Assembly (NCBI RefSeq): GCF_006345805.1
Contig: NC_042998.1
Location: forward strand, 111,662,001-111,726,000
DNA length: 64,000 bases
DNA from: Octopus sinensis
Lineage: Eukaryota
Reading direction: 5' to 3'
Part shown: positions 24,901-37,959 of the stretch, piece by piece
Position numbering within the stretch: position 1 is the first letter of the stretch
Layout of the letters: the number at the start of each line of letters is the position of its first letter
Notes under the pieces: generated by a model
The model's database searches: none
Seen by the model: only the letters and a program-made list of their open reading frames with translations
What the model was told of the DNA's origin: nothing
Translations under genes and position numbers: made by a program

Positions 24901-27900
24901 CCAGTTTTTAAATAATGTAATGGGTTGAATAGGTTGCAACAGTTTCCACATTAGGTATTATACTAACATTTTTAAAGATCTAACTACTTCACTTCAGAGC
25001 TTCTTTGTTCTAGTACACTTTAATAACCTTTCTACAGGATGGCTGTCACACATTTCCATGCAATATACATTATCCATACATGTCCATAAAGCAATGCAGA
25101 ATCTCTGTTTCACATATTCAACATCAAATCTCAGAACTTACAAAGAATTAGTATTTCTAATAAAAACAAATTTAAATCATTAAAAGTTAACAATGTCCAA
25201 ACATGATGGAATGACACATCTGATAAAAAAAAATGGAAACAACTTATGACATCAAAATACACACTGTCAGCACTTACAAACAGAAAATTTATAAATTCAT
25301 TATAAAAGCATAATAATTATTGTAAAATGCATAAAGCATTTCAGAGTCATCTAACAATGACTTGGGCCGGGATTACATGTTGAAACTGAAGTTGAAGAGC
25401 TGTTAAATATACTTTGAATTTAAAGTGAATTTAACAGCTTTGTTACTAAGTGGCTCTTCCATTTTATTGTTGTATAAAATATATTTTTGTATTGAAACAT
25501 AAGAAATAAATCAAATAGAAAGAGAAAGTCAAACAACCAAATATTTATCATATTTATTTTCAGATTAGAAAATGTTTTACCTGAAGCAAGGAAAAAATAA
25601 GGTGAATCTCCATGAATGCCAACAGTACCAGGTCCTACCATGTCAGCTAATACATTAATAAGTGAGAAGGCACCACATATAATACCAAAGCCAAGTCCAG
25701 ATACTGAAATATAAAAAATAGACTTAATATTGTAAACTAGTCAAAAATATAATTACTTCTAAAAATAACAAATAAGTGGTTATTAATGGTATGCAGGTTA
25801 TTATACCTAACCTACTTTGTATTCATATCTCTATCCTCAATATACAGAACTCTGGCTAACCATGTTCTCAGCTTCTTCCTAGATACCATCTAAGTTTTTG
25901 ATAGTGCTCCTTGCTACCCACCATTTTTTTCATTCTTTCCAAGTCTAGCTTTACTCATTCTATCATGCCACCCTGTGTTACCCACCAGCTGGCTGAGACA
26001 GTGCGCCATTCAAAGATCCCTCCTAATATTAACTACTATAATCATCATTTTTGTCCCCTCCTGTGACAACTGACAAATAACATGCACATGTCTTAAGTAT
26101 GTTATTTCTCATCACAAAAAAGACTCCATTTACTAAACAACAAAAATATAAACATATTAACTTTGTCTAAGTTGTCATCATATTTTTCTAATTGGACTCA
26201 AAAATGAATCAATATCATTTTCATTCTAAACTTACTGTAAATAAAAAAAGAAAAAGCGAAATCATTTTCAGCCGTATCCACTAATAATCATATATAAGTA
26301 TGATGGGCTCTCATCGATTTTGAAAAACAAGTGTTCCTACTGTTTGCTCAATGAAATTACCCACTCTGTTTTATAGTGTAGGTAGCTGAGTATTCCACAG
26401 ACATTTGTACATGTAAAGTAATCCTCAGACAGACTCAGAACAATTCTCTTGTACAAAATTAATGCATCCATCCGAGCTAACACAATTTCTGTCAAGCCAA
26501 TTTCAGTTACCAGGTTTGGGTAATTCTGAAGCTAGGTGCCACACAGTTGGACTAAACTAGGAACCATGTAATTTCAAAGCAAACTTCTTAACTATACAGC
26601 CATATTATCACCACCATCACTTTTATCCTATTCATTTTATACTGGCATGAGTTGGATGGATCCCTTCTGGCACTACGCCTCACCATGTGGTGCAGTCTTC
26701 CAGTATCTCCTTTCAGGTGTACAGTTTCTTGAAGTCAGCAACAATCACTTTGCATTTCTTCCTCAGTTTTCCTCTTCTATGGGACTCTGTTACTCAGATT
26801 CCCTGATACTTCTTTACTCAACTATTATCTTCCTGGCTACACACAATATCTGAGTCTTCTTATACCTAGTTTTTCTCTGATCTGTATTCCTTCATTCATG
26901 CACACTTAATATCACACATTCAACAGAGCATACTCACCCCATTCCTTTCCCAACTTCACACAACCTCCACATTCAATGCCTATATTTATAAGTAAAGGGC
27001 ATCATACAATCTGTCCTTTATTTACAAAGAGAACTACTTTGTTGGTAATAACTTCCTAACTTTTTTTCCATGCCATTTGCATTCTGGTTACTATGCTTTT
27101 GGAACATACCCCTCTCCTGCTACTTATATCACCTGGGTAACACACTATCAACTACTTTTAGGGAACCTTCCAGGTATTTGAAAGAATTTATTTCACAAGT
27201 GTTCTTCCTGCAAACTACTCTTGTGCATCTACCTATGATCTCACTATACACCTTGTGCTTTCATACTTTAAATTTGATACATCACATGGAATTCTTACCA
27301 ACTCCTTTTCTACATAATAAGTATAACCAAATTCCAAATAATAATGGAGTCCTGTCTTCTTTCATGCTAATTAAAACTTTAGTCTTTCCTAAGTTTACTG
27401 TGAGACCTTCTGCTTTAAATTCCTTCTCTAAATCTTCAGCCAATTCAATTAGTAGAATTATATTATCAGCATACTAGAGTTCTCAAAGAAAGTCAGTCTT
27501 AGAGAACTAAGACTAGTGTATGTCCTGTTCACCAAATATTTTCAGCACCTCAGCAACAGTCCCTGAGGGCCCAGCTGCTTCTCCTGCCTTCATATCTTTA
27601 AATACACACTCAATTACATAATTGTTAACTTCAACAGATGGTCCCTCTGTGGAGTCTGGTTCGGATGCCCCCACCTCTCTCTTTTTATGTATTCTCCACA
27701 TTCAGCAACCTCTCATAGTAATATTTCCACATACTCTTTCACGCTTCAATGACAGTAAGTGCACTGCTATCATTCTATACACACATTTCTCCAACAGCAT
27801 CTTGGTTCATGATGACACACTGCTTTACCTCACATTTCTGATCCTTTCCTTACAGAAATTGGAACACCTCTTATTTTAAGTTTCTCTCCATACTTTATAT

Positions 27901-30252
27901 ACCCGATACCGAGTGATCTGATATGTTCCTTACCATTTCTCTTTTCTTATAATCCTCCCAGTTCTGTCTCTTAGCTTTTATGGCTCTATCTACTGCACCA
28001 TTCCACTATCATGTCACCTTCCAAGTAACTGAAATGGTCTGTGTTTTGCAGCAAGTTGTCTCATAGGAACTCCAAATGACTGTTATAAGTCAATATCTCA
28101 ATCACTGTCTTGTTAGGCACATCCACTGGTATCTCTTTGGACCTGTGTCTGGTTGAGGGATCTTTCAACTTCCAAGCCTTCCTTTTTCAGGTTAATTTCT
28201 GCCCAAGAGTTTAGTTCTTCTGATGATGTCAATACTCACTAGTCTATGTTGAGTGGTACTTAGTATTCACAACCAATTGTCTGGCCTGCACATTTACCTA
28301 ATTAGTAGGTGGGTGACCAAGAGACTACATGGTTTCCTGAAATTAGCTTTGCAAATGATGAGACCATTTGCATCACAGAACTCCAAGAGTCTTGACTTCT
28401 ATTCAATCCTTGTACTATATACATAGACTTTATGTAGATTTGTATCTTTCATGATGCTGTCCAACCAGTTCATCCAAGTCATCAACTAGAATATGGAAAT
28501 TGCAATCATTTGTAATCAAAATAATCAGCAAGATGACCTCATAGAAATGGTGCTTTGGTTCATCTGTCAGACCTCATTGTGATACATATGCAGAGATCAC
28601 TGTTGCTGCTATGTTGTCTAAGATTAGTCTAAGCTTATTCATTCTATCACATACTCTACTTTAGTTACTTTATTTATGTATTTCTTAGCCAACAAAATTC
28701 CTACTCCACCCAGAAGAATTTGTGCCTGTGTTTCTGCTCATAAGGTATCTGACGAAGGCTTCCCACCCGTGGACATATTTACAAAGTAAGAAAACAGCAC
28801 AGCTCCCATGACTTCAGGAAACATTTTTTCACGCTGAGAGTTGCTGAAGCGTGGAACAAACTGCCGGCATCGGTTGTTAGTTGTCAGAGCACTGCATCCT
28901 TCAAAACTTCCATGCTTCCTGAGATTCGCCAACACTACACTTGATTTTCTCCCCTCCATACACACACAAGCATGTTCACTTTCCAGACATTTCTACATTA
29001 CTGCATGTACCTTATATGCACTTTCTGACAAGTTGTGGTGCACCTGAGCACTGTATACAATAATTTCATTATATTATATTATATATATTATTACCTCTAT
29101 ATACAGCACACAGCTACTTACATCTACTCTAACATCTCTACAATCTCTCCACACCTACCTTTCATTGAACCAATGTTGATGGTAGCAGCACTGAAATTTT
29201 GCACCTGACCAGAAGGGGAAAGTTTCCAGTGGTGAATGGATGGTTTGCTGTCCATTTTTTGGCATCTGAAAGGAGGAGAGTTGGTGCGATCGTTTGATGA
29301 CAGTTGAGCTGTTCTTACAGATGACCTGACATTCCCACCACACCATCCCACTACCATACACAGCACAAGCATAGTGAATATCAGTCTTATATACATAGGG
29401 GTTTTGTTTTCATTGTATTTGTGACTATTATGATTTTAACAAAATTTAATTGACTTAAAGCCCTTCCTAACACCAACCACTGTCTAGCATGAACTGATGG
29501 CATTTTAGTATGTCCCCAGCATCAACAGTGTTGTCTGATAGAACTAAGTGTCTCTTCTATGCTGTATGGAGGTTTCTATTCAGAATTTTGCTCTCTTAGG
29601 CATAACTTCCACAGCAATTTTCAGAGTCCACATCTCTTTTTTATTCAGAGTTACTCCTCTTGTAGATGGTTGTCAGTTCTGCAGCTTGTGGCATTCCATG
29701 CCTCCTCTAAACAAAATTTCATTTAGAACAACAGCTCTCTTTGTAGGTCACATTCATAAGGCTGAGGAGTCACATGCTCAAGTTTGAACCACACAAGGGA
29801 TCATGTAAAAGCTCCTTCACTGCCATATGTTGTCAGAATAGTTAGAGTTGATGGAAGTTGGTTATGATTGTTAAGATAGAGGATGAGGTCAAACAGGGCT
29901 ACCAACATGCTGGTTAGCTGACATATTTAGCAGGCAAGGTAGCACATCTAGTTTAGATAGATAAAAAAAAAAATATTGGCTCAACTTTATTTAAATTCAT
30001 GTCTCTGTGTTGCTATCCAAAATAGTAACTGTGATACCACCATTATTCTAATGAGCTAAGCAGAGTATTTAAAGAGACAAAAACCAACAAACAGATAAAA
30101 AGATTCATCTTTTTACACAACTTAAAGAAACACACACAGCAAAAAAACAGAGTAAATATGGAGTGAAACATCAGCTACAAATCAATAAATATGTATTGAA
30201 TGAACTTTTCTTTCTCCAATTTGTATGTCAAACACATACATACATTGTGTAC

Positions 30253-30284
<32 letters not shown>

Positions 30285-33200
30285 CATCATCATCATCATC
30301 ATCGTTTAACGTCTGCTTTCCATGCTAGCATGGGTTGGATGGTTCAACTGGGGTCTGGGGAGCCCGAAAGCTGCACCAGGCCAGTCAGATCTGGCAGTGT
30401 TTCTACAGCTGGATGCCCTTCCTAACACCAACCACTCTGAGAGTGTAGTGGGTGATTTTATGTGCCACCGACACAGGTGCCAGACGAGGCTGGCGAACGG
30501 CCACGCTTGGATGGTGTTTTTTATGTGCCACCGACACAGGTGCCAGACAAGGCAGGAAAACGACCACGATCGGATGGTGTTTGTTACGTGCCCACAGCAC
30601 GGAGGCCAGTCGATGCGGTACTGGCTACGGCCACGTTCGGATGGTTTTCTTATGTGCCACCGGCACTGGTACCACAAAGATACAAATTCCATTGATGTTC
30701 ATCTATTTTGATTTGGTTTGATTTTGGTTTGATTTTCACTTGCCTCAACAGGTCTTCACAAGTGTCACAAGAAGGAAGGTATGCATAGGTGGACTGACTA
30801 CGTCCCAGGTAGGGGCCACGGGTTATGGCCTCACTAGTCTTGCCGGGTCTTCTCACGCACAGCATACTTCCATAGGTCTCGGTCTCTAGTCATTTCCGTG
30901 GTGAGACCTAAAGTTCGAAGGTCGTGCTTCACCACCTCGTCCCAGGTTTTCCTGGGCCTACCTCTTCCACAGGTTCCCTCAACTGCTAGGGTGTAGCACT
31001 TTTGCACACAACTATCTTCAGCCATTCTCGTCACATGACCATACCAGCACAGCCGTCTCTCTTGCACACCACAACAGATGCTTCTTAGGTTCAACTTTTC
31101 TCTCAAGGTACTTACACTCTGTCGATTATGAACACTGACATTACACATCCATCGGAGCATACTGGCTTCATTTCTTGCAAGCTTACGCATATCCTCAGCA
31201 GTCACGGCCCATGTTTCACTACCATGTAGCATGGCTGTACGTACACATGCATCATACAGTCTGCCTTTTACTCTGAGCGAGAGGCCTTTTGTTACCAGCA
31301 GGGGTAAGAGCTCTCTAAACTTTGCCCAGGCTATTCTTACTCTAGCCGTTACACTTTCAGCACACCCACCCCCGCTGCTGACTTGGTCACCTAGGTAGCG
31401 GAAGCTATCAACTACTTCTAGTTTGTCTCCCTGGAACGTGGTAGAAGTTGGTCTCTGCACATTTCCAGTGTTATTTGCTCCTAAGCATCTGCCACAGACA
31501 AAAACTATTTTCCTAGTTAGCCTTCCTTTGACATTGCTGCACCTCTTATGTGTCCATAGCTGACACTTGGTGCACCTTATAGAGTTTCTACCTACACCTT
31601 TTTTACAGATCGAGCAGGGCCATCTACCTGAAGTCGTTTGTGATTGGTCCACCTTCCTACTTATTAGGACTTTGGTTTTGGCTAGGTTGATTCTAAGGCC
31701 CTTCGATTCTAATCCATGTTTCCACACCTGAAACTTCTCCTCCAGTTCTGATAGTGACTCAGCAATTAGAGCAAGGTCATCAGCATAGAGGAGCTCCCAG
31801 GGGCATCCTGTCTTGAATTCCTCCGTTATTGCTTGGAGGACTATGATAAATAGGAGGGGAGTGAGGACTGAACCTTGGTGGACCCCAACCTCTACCCGGA
31901 ATTCTTCACTGTACTCGTTGCCAACCCTCACCTATATATATGTATATTTATATATATATATATATATATATATCAGTAATAATTAAGATTCAGTTGAATT
32001 GGGTACTTAAGTTGAGGCACCAAGTCAGTCCAGTATTGTCTGCACACCTCAAAGTTAGGTGAATAGCAAAAAGAAGCAATGTAGTTATTTTAGTCTCTAG
32101 TACTGATGAAAAATTTGCTAAAAAATTATACTGGAGTATCCTGTATGTTGGAAATCTATATGATCACCCACACACATTCACAACAAACTATATGTAACAT
32201 GGTCCAATGCCCTCACAGGCAGTAAACCTAGTACATGAATCATTCTACAAATTAATCACATACAGTATCTCACACAGTAATTTGTGATCAATATGTTTAC
32301 AATGTACTAGTAACTATTTAAATTTCATCTAAATATTGACTACTCTAATGTAAGATTATGTATCTATAACATGACAAAAAATCAAAAAGGATTAGTGTAT
32401 TAGTAAACCAAACATCTTACCATATGCCATGATGCTTTTATTAGTGATATCTTTGGGTCGTATATTAGCACTTCGACCTTGCTGACTGACTCGTTGAAGG
32501 CCTTCATCTGCTTTTCTGTTCAATGATAAATTTAAAACAAATCATAGAAAGGAAATATAACTGAACAATACACAGACTATTTTTCACTCTTTTTCTTTTT
32601 TTATGAAACTTTACATTCATTTTGTTTATTTTAGAAAGACAAATTTATATATTTATACAACTTGATATTTTTTCATTGCTTAGTCAAGAGAAAGGAGCAG
32701 TATCAATAAGCATTGCAGACCTATTGAGATTTATGAAATTGATGCAGATATTTGATGTTCATCTTGAACACCTATAAGCAGATATTTAAAACAACTTCCA
32801 AATTGGATCATTAATTTATTTTGTGGTGGAAGTTTTTCTACAGTTAACAAATTTCAGTTGCGATTTTAAGTTGAATATGAAGACTTTAATAGAGGCAGTT
32901 TAGGAATGCTCAGGTAGCATAAAACAAAGGCCAGTCAGTCTTAAACAGCTTCTTATTAAAATTAAGTGAATTTGCACAAGTTGGATTTTCATGCAAATAA
33001 ATAAATTTTTTTTTTGAAATGTCTGCTGTATTATTGTTTTTGAAACAGTTTCCAATTCATAATACCAACCACTTCAATTAAAATGTGATGAGCTAACAAT
33101 GTCACTCAACTAGTGAGGAATAGCAGCCAAATTCTACCATATTAAAGAAAAAAAAGAGACATTGTATTATATAATTCTAAATACATTATGGTTGAAAAAA

Positions 33201-34790
33201 AATAACATATGGGTGGTCACAGCAGGAATGTTTTTGATTATAATTTTATTCAATCAGAGATGGCTTAACCCTTTCACCTTCAGATTCCTCTATCAAATGT
33301 AATGCTTATTTATTCACATTGCTTTAAATTTAAACGTACATTATCTTCAAGATTTTCCTAATGGGATTGCTTATTTGTAGAAAAACATTGTAGGGTAAGT
33401 GTGAGAGGCTGGATCTGACCAGTTTGAATGCTAAAGTGCTTGAGTATATCAACAGCATCTGCTAAAATGTGAAAATAGTAGTCATTCTCTGCTAAGATCT
33501 CTGTCTTCAAAATACAAAGCAACTATCAAATTTTGACTAAAACATTACTCATTCAAACATCATATCTTGCAAACTGAAGAAAACAGTTCCTTACCGTAAC
33601 ATTTTATAGAAGAGATACCGAAAGAGTTCTTGGATTAGTACAGAAAAGACCAATCCAGTTATTAAAGACTCTCGCAGTTTGTTGGCACCACTCATAATTT
33701 CTTTTGCCGCAAACCAAAGGATCGATGAAAAGAGAAGTGAAAGCAGCCAGAAGAAGCCACTGTGGAAACAAACAGAAGAACTATATTACATTTTGTAAAC
33801 GAATAATATAGATAATTAATGACTGTCTAATGTAGACATTAGACAAAATACTTTTACGACAGAACCAACCAAATATTGAATTTCCAACAAGCCTGTGTCT
33901 ATTATATCACCATCATCATTACGCAGTCAGTATCATCATCATCATAGATATACTTATTACTATCATAACCAACATCAAAATTATCAATGTCCCAATCATC
34001 ATCAACGCCACCATAAACAACAGCATCATGGTAGAGTCATTTTAACCATCAAAAACACATACACTGTTGTATATTCACTTTATTTTGAAATATATATAAT
34101 CATTAGTAATGACAGTCTTTTGTCAAAGATCTACTTCACTATAGTTCTTAAAAGTTGTAGAAATGTTCTTACAGGCAGTTTAAGATTTCTTTATTGGTTA
34201 AGGTACACGCATGTAGCAGAGAAAAGAATGAATGTGTTGTCTATGTCCATCTGAATGGCATTAACAGAGAAATTTAATGAGTACTGATTAAAAATCAGAA
34301 CCAGGCTGGACACTAAATTCATAAGGAAGCCCATTCTACAATGAATGTTTATGGTGACAATTTCATACAGAAGAATGATCACAATAATATAATATATATT
34401 AGGATGATGGCATAGCAGAATCAGAAAGAAGTTGGACAAAATGATTTGTAGTGTGTAGTGCCCTTTACAATCTGAGTTCAAATCTAATAAAAGTCAACTT
34501 TAGATTTCATCCCTCTAGGGTCAATAAAATAAAATATCAGTGAAGTACAGATGATAGGGGATGTGATATAATTACACTGGTACCCTTCCTGACAAAATAT
34601 GTCTAGCCTTATACCAATGTTAGAAATCAATGTTATACCAAAAAATTGTATAAATGGAGTAAGAAGGATTCACTCACCTAGCAATCAAAACAATAACCCT
34701 TAAGGGATCAGGGGCAATTGTAAAGATAAACATTGCCAAAGGAGGTCCAAAAGCAATGAATGTGCAACCAAAGAATTCCATCATCGTCAT
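21743..34790 (-). CDS. APH1: Gamma-secretase subunit APH-1, spliced CDS of 6 exons (34790-34678, 33759-33595, 32515-32421, 25703-25581, 23932-23805, 21919-21743), 266 aa
   Basis: Exons of 113+165+95+123+128+177 nt join in frame through GT-AG introns. Translation: MTMMEFFGCTFIAFGPP...QELFRYLFYKMLRKADEGL...VSGLGFGIICGAFSLINVLADMVGPGTVGIHGDS...LHTFWG...SHML...GGSL. This includes the GxxxGxxxG motif and the two conserved TM histidines of APH-1. Confidence 0.97.
23093..23237 (+). mobile_element. RTE 3' tail fragment ending in (GAT)n
   Basis: TTAGGAAGGGCATCCAGCCGTAGAAAC...CAACCCATGCCAGCATGGAAAG...AAACGATGATGATG matches the 3' end of the RTE at 30284-30440. Confidence 0.85.
23805..23932 (-). CDS. 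APH1: APH-1 coding exon 5
   Basis: Acceptor ctttgtttag; AFLTLSFVFLHTFWGIICFFAWDKKKYIWVAVVILSHMLTSSV; donor GTAAGT; 128 nt. Confidence 0.96.
24165..24310 (-). mobile_element. tRNA-headed SINE family C, 5' part
   Basis: Reverse complement of GCATGGCTGTGTGGTTAGGGAGCTTGCTTCC...GGGTTCAGTCCCACTGCG; related to the copy at 55440. Confidence 0.7.
24413..24663. mobile_element. hAT-like MITE
   Basis: Ends CAGTGGCTCTCAACC and TTTGAAAAACTACTG resemble hAT TIRs; TSD not clear. Confidence 0.55.
25581..25703 (-). CDS. APH1: APH-1 coding exon 4 (GxxxG transmembrane helix)
   Basis: Acceptor atttcag; VSGLGFGIICGAFSLINVLADMVGPGTVGIHGDSPYFFLAS; donor GTAAAA; 123 nt. Confidence 0.96.
26620..29400 (-). mobile_element. 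Old, decayed RTE LINE in APH-1 intron 3
   Basis: Minus-strand remnants: APE start (ATINIGSMKGRCGEIVEMLE), RT (KDMKAGEAAGPSG; YADNIILL; GLTVNLGKTKVLIS), and a degraded PHD-like segment. Confidence 0.75.
28740..29095 (+). mobile_element. CR1-clade LINE 3' end nested in the old RTE
   Basis: RGHIYKVRKQHSSHDFRKHFFTLRVAEAWNKLPASVVSCQSTASFK, followed by a 3' UTR and an ATT-rich tail. Confidence 0.8.
30284..31931 (-). mobile_element. Young 5'-truncated RTE LINE with uninterrupted 365-aa ORF remnant (30834-31931), 3' UTR and (GAT)n tail
   Basis: GVHQGSVLTPLLFII...LLYADDLALIA...INLAKTKVL...PHD...FRYLG...LYDACVRTAMLHGSETW...RGRPRKTW; flanked by (TA)n on both sides. Confidence 0.95.
32421..32515 (-). 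CDS. APH1: APH-1 coding exon 3
   Basis: Acceptor ttgaacag; KADEGLQRVSQQGRSANIRPKDITNKSIMAY; donor GTAAGA; 95 nt. Confidence 0.95.
33265..33443. mobile_element. TTAA-flanked MITE (piggyBac-like ends), degenerate
   Basis: Starts TTAACCCTTT; right end GAATGCTAAAG is degraded. Confidence 0.5.
33595..33759 (-). CDS. APH1: APH-1 coding exon 2
   Basis: Acceptor tttccacag; GFFWLLSLLFSSILWF...QELFRYLFYKML; donor GTAAGG; 165 nt. Confidence 0.96.
34678..34790 (-). CDS. APH1: APH-1 coding exon 1
   Basis: ATG at 34790; MTMMEFFGCTFIAFGPPLAMFIFTIAPDPLRVIVLIA; donor AG|GTGAGT; 113 nt, phase 2. Confidence 0.96.
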
Positions 34791-35992
34791 GTTGGCAGAT
34801 TTTGGTCTAGAGATCTGTATAGAAAAGGTAGCTTTTTTGCCAGTAGCAGCAACACAGGAGTTTGAGTGTAAATTAACAATGGAGGCACAGGTGCGGGTTT
34901 CAGCAGGAACAGTTAGCTGTAATATAAAATTAAATAGAATGAGAAAGGTTTGAAACAGTGAATGGAGATGCAGAGAGATATTAAGACATGAATGACGAAC
35001 AAATAATGGTCAACTGACACTTGGAGGTACTAGACAAATGTGAAACCGATTTTGTTTCTAAATCATTGAATGGGAGGCCAAAGGAAAGGCAAGAAGGATT
35101 TATAATTAGGCCTCAGTTAACCTTAAACTAGTACCACCAACCAGATTTTGTACATAACAACCTAGTAAGGGAGCTCTATGTGATAACTCAAATTGCTAGA
35201 AATAGTACCTAAATGACTCTCAAGTCACAGTCTGCTGTCTTTAAAAGACAAAAGAATTGAAACCAAGACTGAGAAAATAAGGAAGGTTACAGCCAGAATG
35301 CCTCTGATTATATGTCTGCATGATCAGAGTTTACCTGGTGCTAAACAACAAGGACAACCAGACAAATTTTGAAATCAAGTAAATATATATAATCTCAAGA
35401 ACTCAAGAAGAATTGTAAAAGATATGTGTTAGCAGGAGTCTATACAATATAAAAAAAAAAACAAAAGAAAAAAAAGAGCAAAAATTATGTTAGTATGCCA
35501 TGAGAAATGAATAGATTTGACATTTCATATAGAAAAGTCTTCATTAGAGAAGAATTCTCATAAGAAGGGCATCTATTCAGAACATTAAATATTTCTGTCT
35601 TCTCAGAGAACACTCACTAACATAGTTTATACCTTTGCTTTTATAGTTAAGCAGCTGGTGGACTTGCTCTCTTATGAGGCTAACTCAGAAATTTCAATGT
35701 ACCATATTTGATGGCATAAAAGACACAAAAGCATATTAGATACATCCTAATTTCAGGAAAAAAGTTTTTGTGCACATAGAAGACCCAGAGTAATTTTTTT
35801 TTTGAGACATTTTAGGGGGAAAAAGTGCATCTTACATGTCATCAAATACTGTAAGTCATTCATCTTATTCAACTCTCTCAAAGAATTCTCGTCTTTTGTT
35901 TGTTTGTCTACTTTTTTTTTTTGCTTAAATTGATTATTAGCTTAAATTGATTCCAAGATCTTCAAGACTGTCCTTTGAAAGGAAGATGAATG

Positions 35993-36840
35993 TATGGGGT
36001 GATATCAAAAGGTTCCCGGACTAGTTATGTTTAGTAAAAAAAAATAACTCATTTCCCTAAGTTTTAACATCATCTCCTTCGAAATAGTCACCTTGTGCAG
36101 CAATACACCAGTTCCAGTGTTCCTGTCACAGTTGGAATCTGGCCTGGAATTCATGTTCCTTAAGTTAGTCAAGGACCTTCTGCAATTCGCTTTGAATCTT
36201 GACAACAGTGCTAAAATGGCAACCTTTGGGCTGTATTTTCATCTTGGGGAAGTGATGGAAGTCCACAAGTGCTAAATCTGGCAAATAGGGTAGGTGTAGA
36301 AGCAATACCACAAATAAGAAAAGCTTGATGAAGAATCAAATTCTTCACACTCCACAGATCCAGTCACTTTCGCTAAGTGTCCTTCCTCAAATGCTTCAAA
36401 ATGTCACTGATTGTCCTCTGACGATCCTCATGCACAAGCTGATGAATTTTCTCCATATTTCTAGGTGTGACACTCATGGCAGGTCTTCCAGATCGCTCAT
36501 AGTCTTCCAGGGACTTCTTTTGCTTATGACGCGCCTGCACCACTTGAAACATTGCATATGACCCATTGCCTCATCACTGCCAAAACCTGCTCAATGTCTC
36601 TGTAGCAAACTTCCCAAGTTTAACGCAAAGTTTCACATAGGCTCTTTGTTCCTATCCCTGACAAAATCACAGACTGCAGCATACACGTGATCACAAAAAA
36701 CACAAATTTCACAACTTGCAAAGTAAACATAGTGATGTCGCTCAACACACTGCTAGCTCTCACTGCACACACAACCCTGTGCTGTCATCTGTTGGTGCAC
36801 TACAGAACCTGTCCGAGAGACTTGTTGATACCACCTCATA
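35993..36840 (-). mobile_element. Internally deleted mariner derivative
   Basis: TIRs TATGGGGTGATATCAAAAGGTTCCCGGAC and GTCCGAGAGACTTGTTGATACCACCTCATA; minus-strand EQRAYVKLCVKLGK and PYLPDLALVDF...CIAAQGDYFEGD. Confidence 0.85.
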
Positions 36841-37959
36841 TCCTCAAACTAGAGAACTGGCTCAAATTCTTGTCACAAAGTGAAACTCATTAAAAAGCAC
36901 CTGAATCTACTCTTTTTATTTCTCTACTTATATCACAATTGTTGAACAGTAGTGTAATTCTTACAAGTTTCCAAAGGACTAAATCACCAGATTATTGTAT
37001 TCAGGGAATATTAATAACTCAATACAGAACAAATATCACACATAGCTCCACATACAATTAGTTCCAAGAAAAGAAAGCAGGCCTAGAGAACTGGAGCAAA
37101 CAAAGTAATTCAGCCACTGTAATTGTATCAGATACACGCACACAACAACAACAGCAACATATCACACCACTTAAACTATGCAAACAGAGAACAGCGAAAG
37201 TAAAACATAAAATACAGTCAACAAGGAATTTATTGGAAATATGAGGCAAAGTTAAAGAATATGAGTCACCTGCTATGGAATATTGCTCACCATTAGGTGA
37301 GATCAGAAAATAGTGAATCATCATTAAACAAGATCATAAAATAGTGAATCACCAATAGATTAGACTGTGGAACAGAGAATATGACAACGAATGCTATAAG
37401 GATTGACTGTAAGTTGATGAAAGTAATTCTACCTAATTGCTTGACCTGCAAGAAATAGCAGCCAAATTTTTATCATATCACATCCTATATATAAAAGATG
37501 AACATATTGGATAATATCATCCTAGATGTGCTGTATCTAGAAAGAACAAGCCAGGATGGTCACAGGTGATACGTCATTGATCATAAATCCTGCTTGAAGC
37601 TAACTTGGGTTGAAATAATGATAATATGGATTGACTGACTGACAAATAGATGGCAATAGAAAAGTATGTACAAACAGAAATGTGTGCATGTGTGTGTGAA
37701 TACACAAACACACACCCGGAAACTTGCCTATTTTCCCAACCAAAGGACAGCAACAAAGCAATCATCATGATGGACTCAGCTGATAACTGGATCAAGCCTA
37801 CATGGCACAAATGAATTGCTTGACCATTGGAATGCATTTCTTCCATGGAAAGCAAAAGAGCAGATATTCCAATTTAATAAGATGAAAACTTGAGTAATAC
37901 ATGACAGGCAAGCAAAAAACTGAAGGTGATATATATTTGCCACTTCTATCAAACTTTTC

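Noticed and set aside
33895-34254. His-rich 119-aa ORF
   Set aside because: Low-complexity CAT-rich intronic sequence antisense to APH-1
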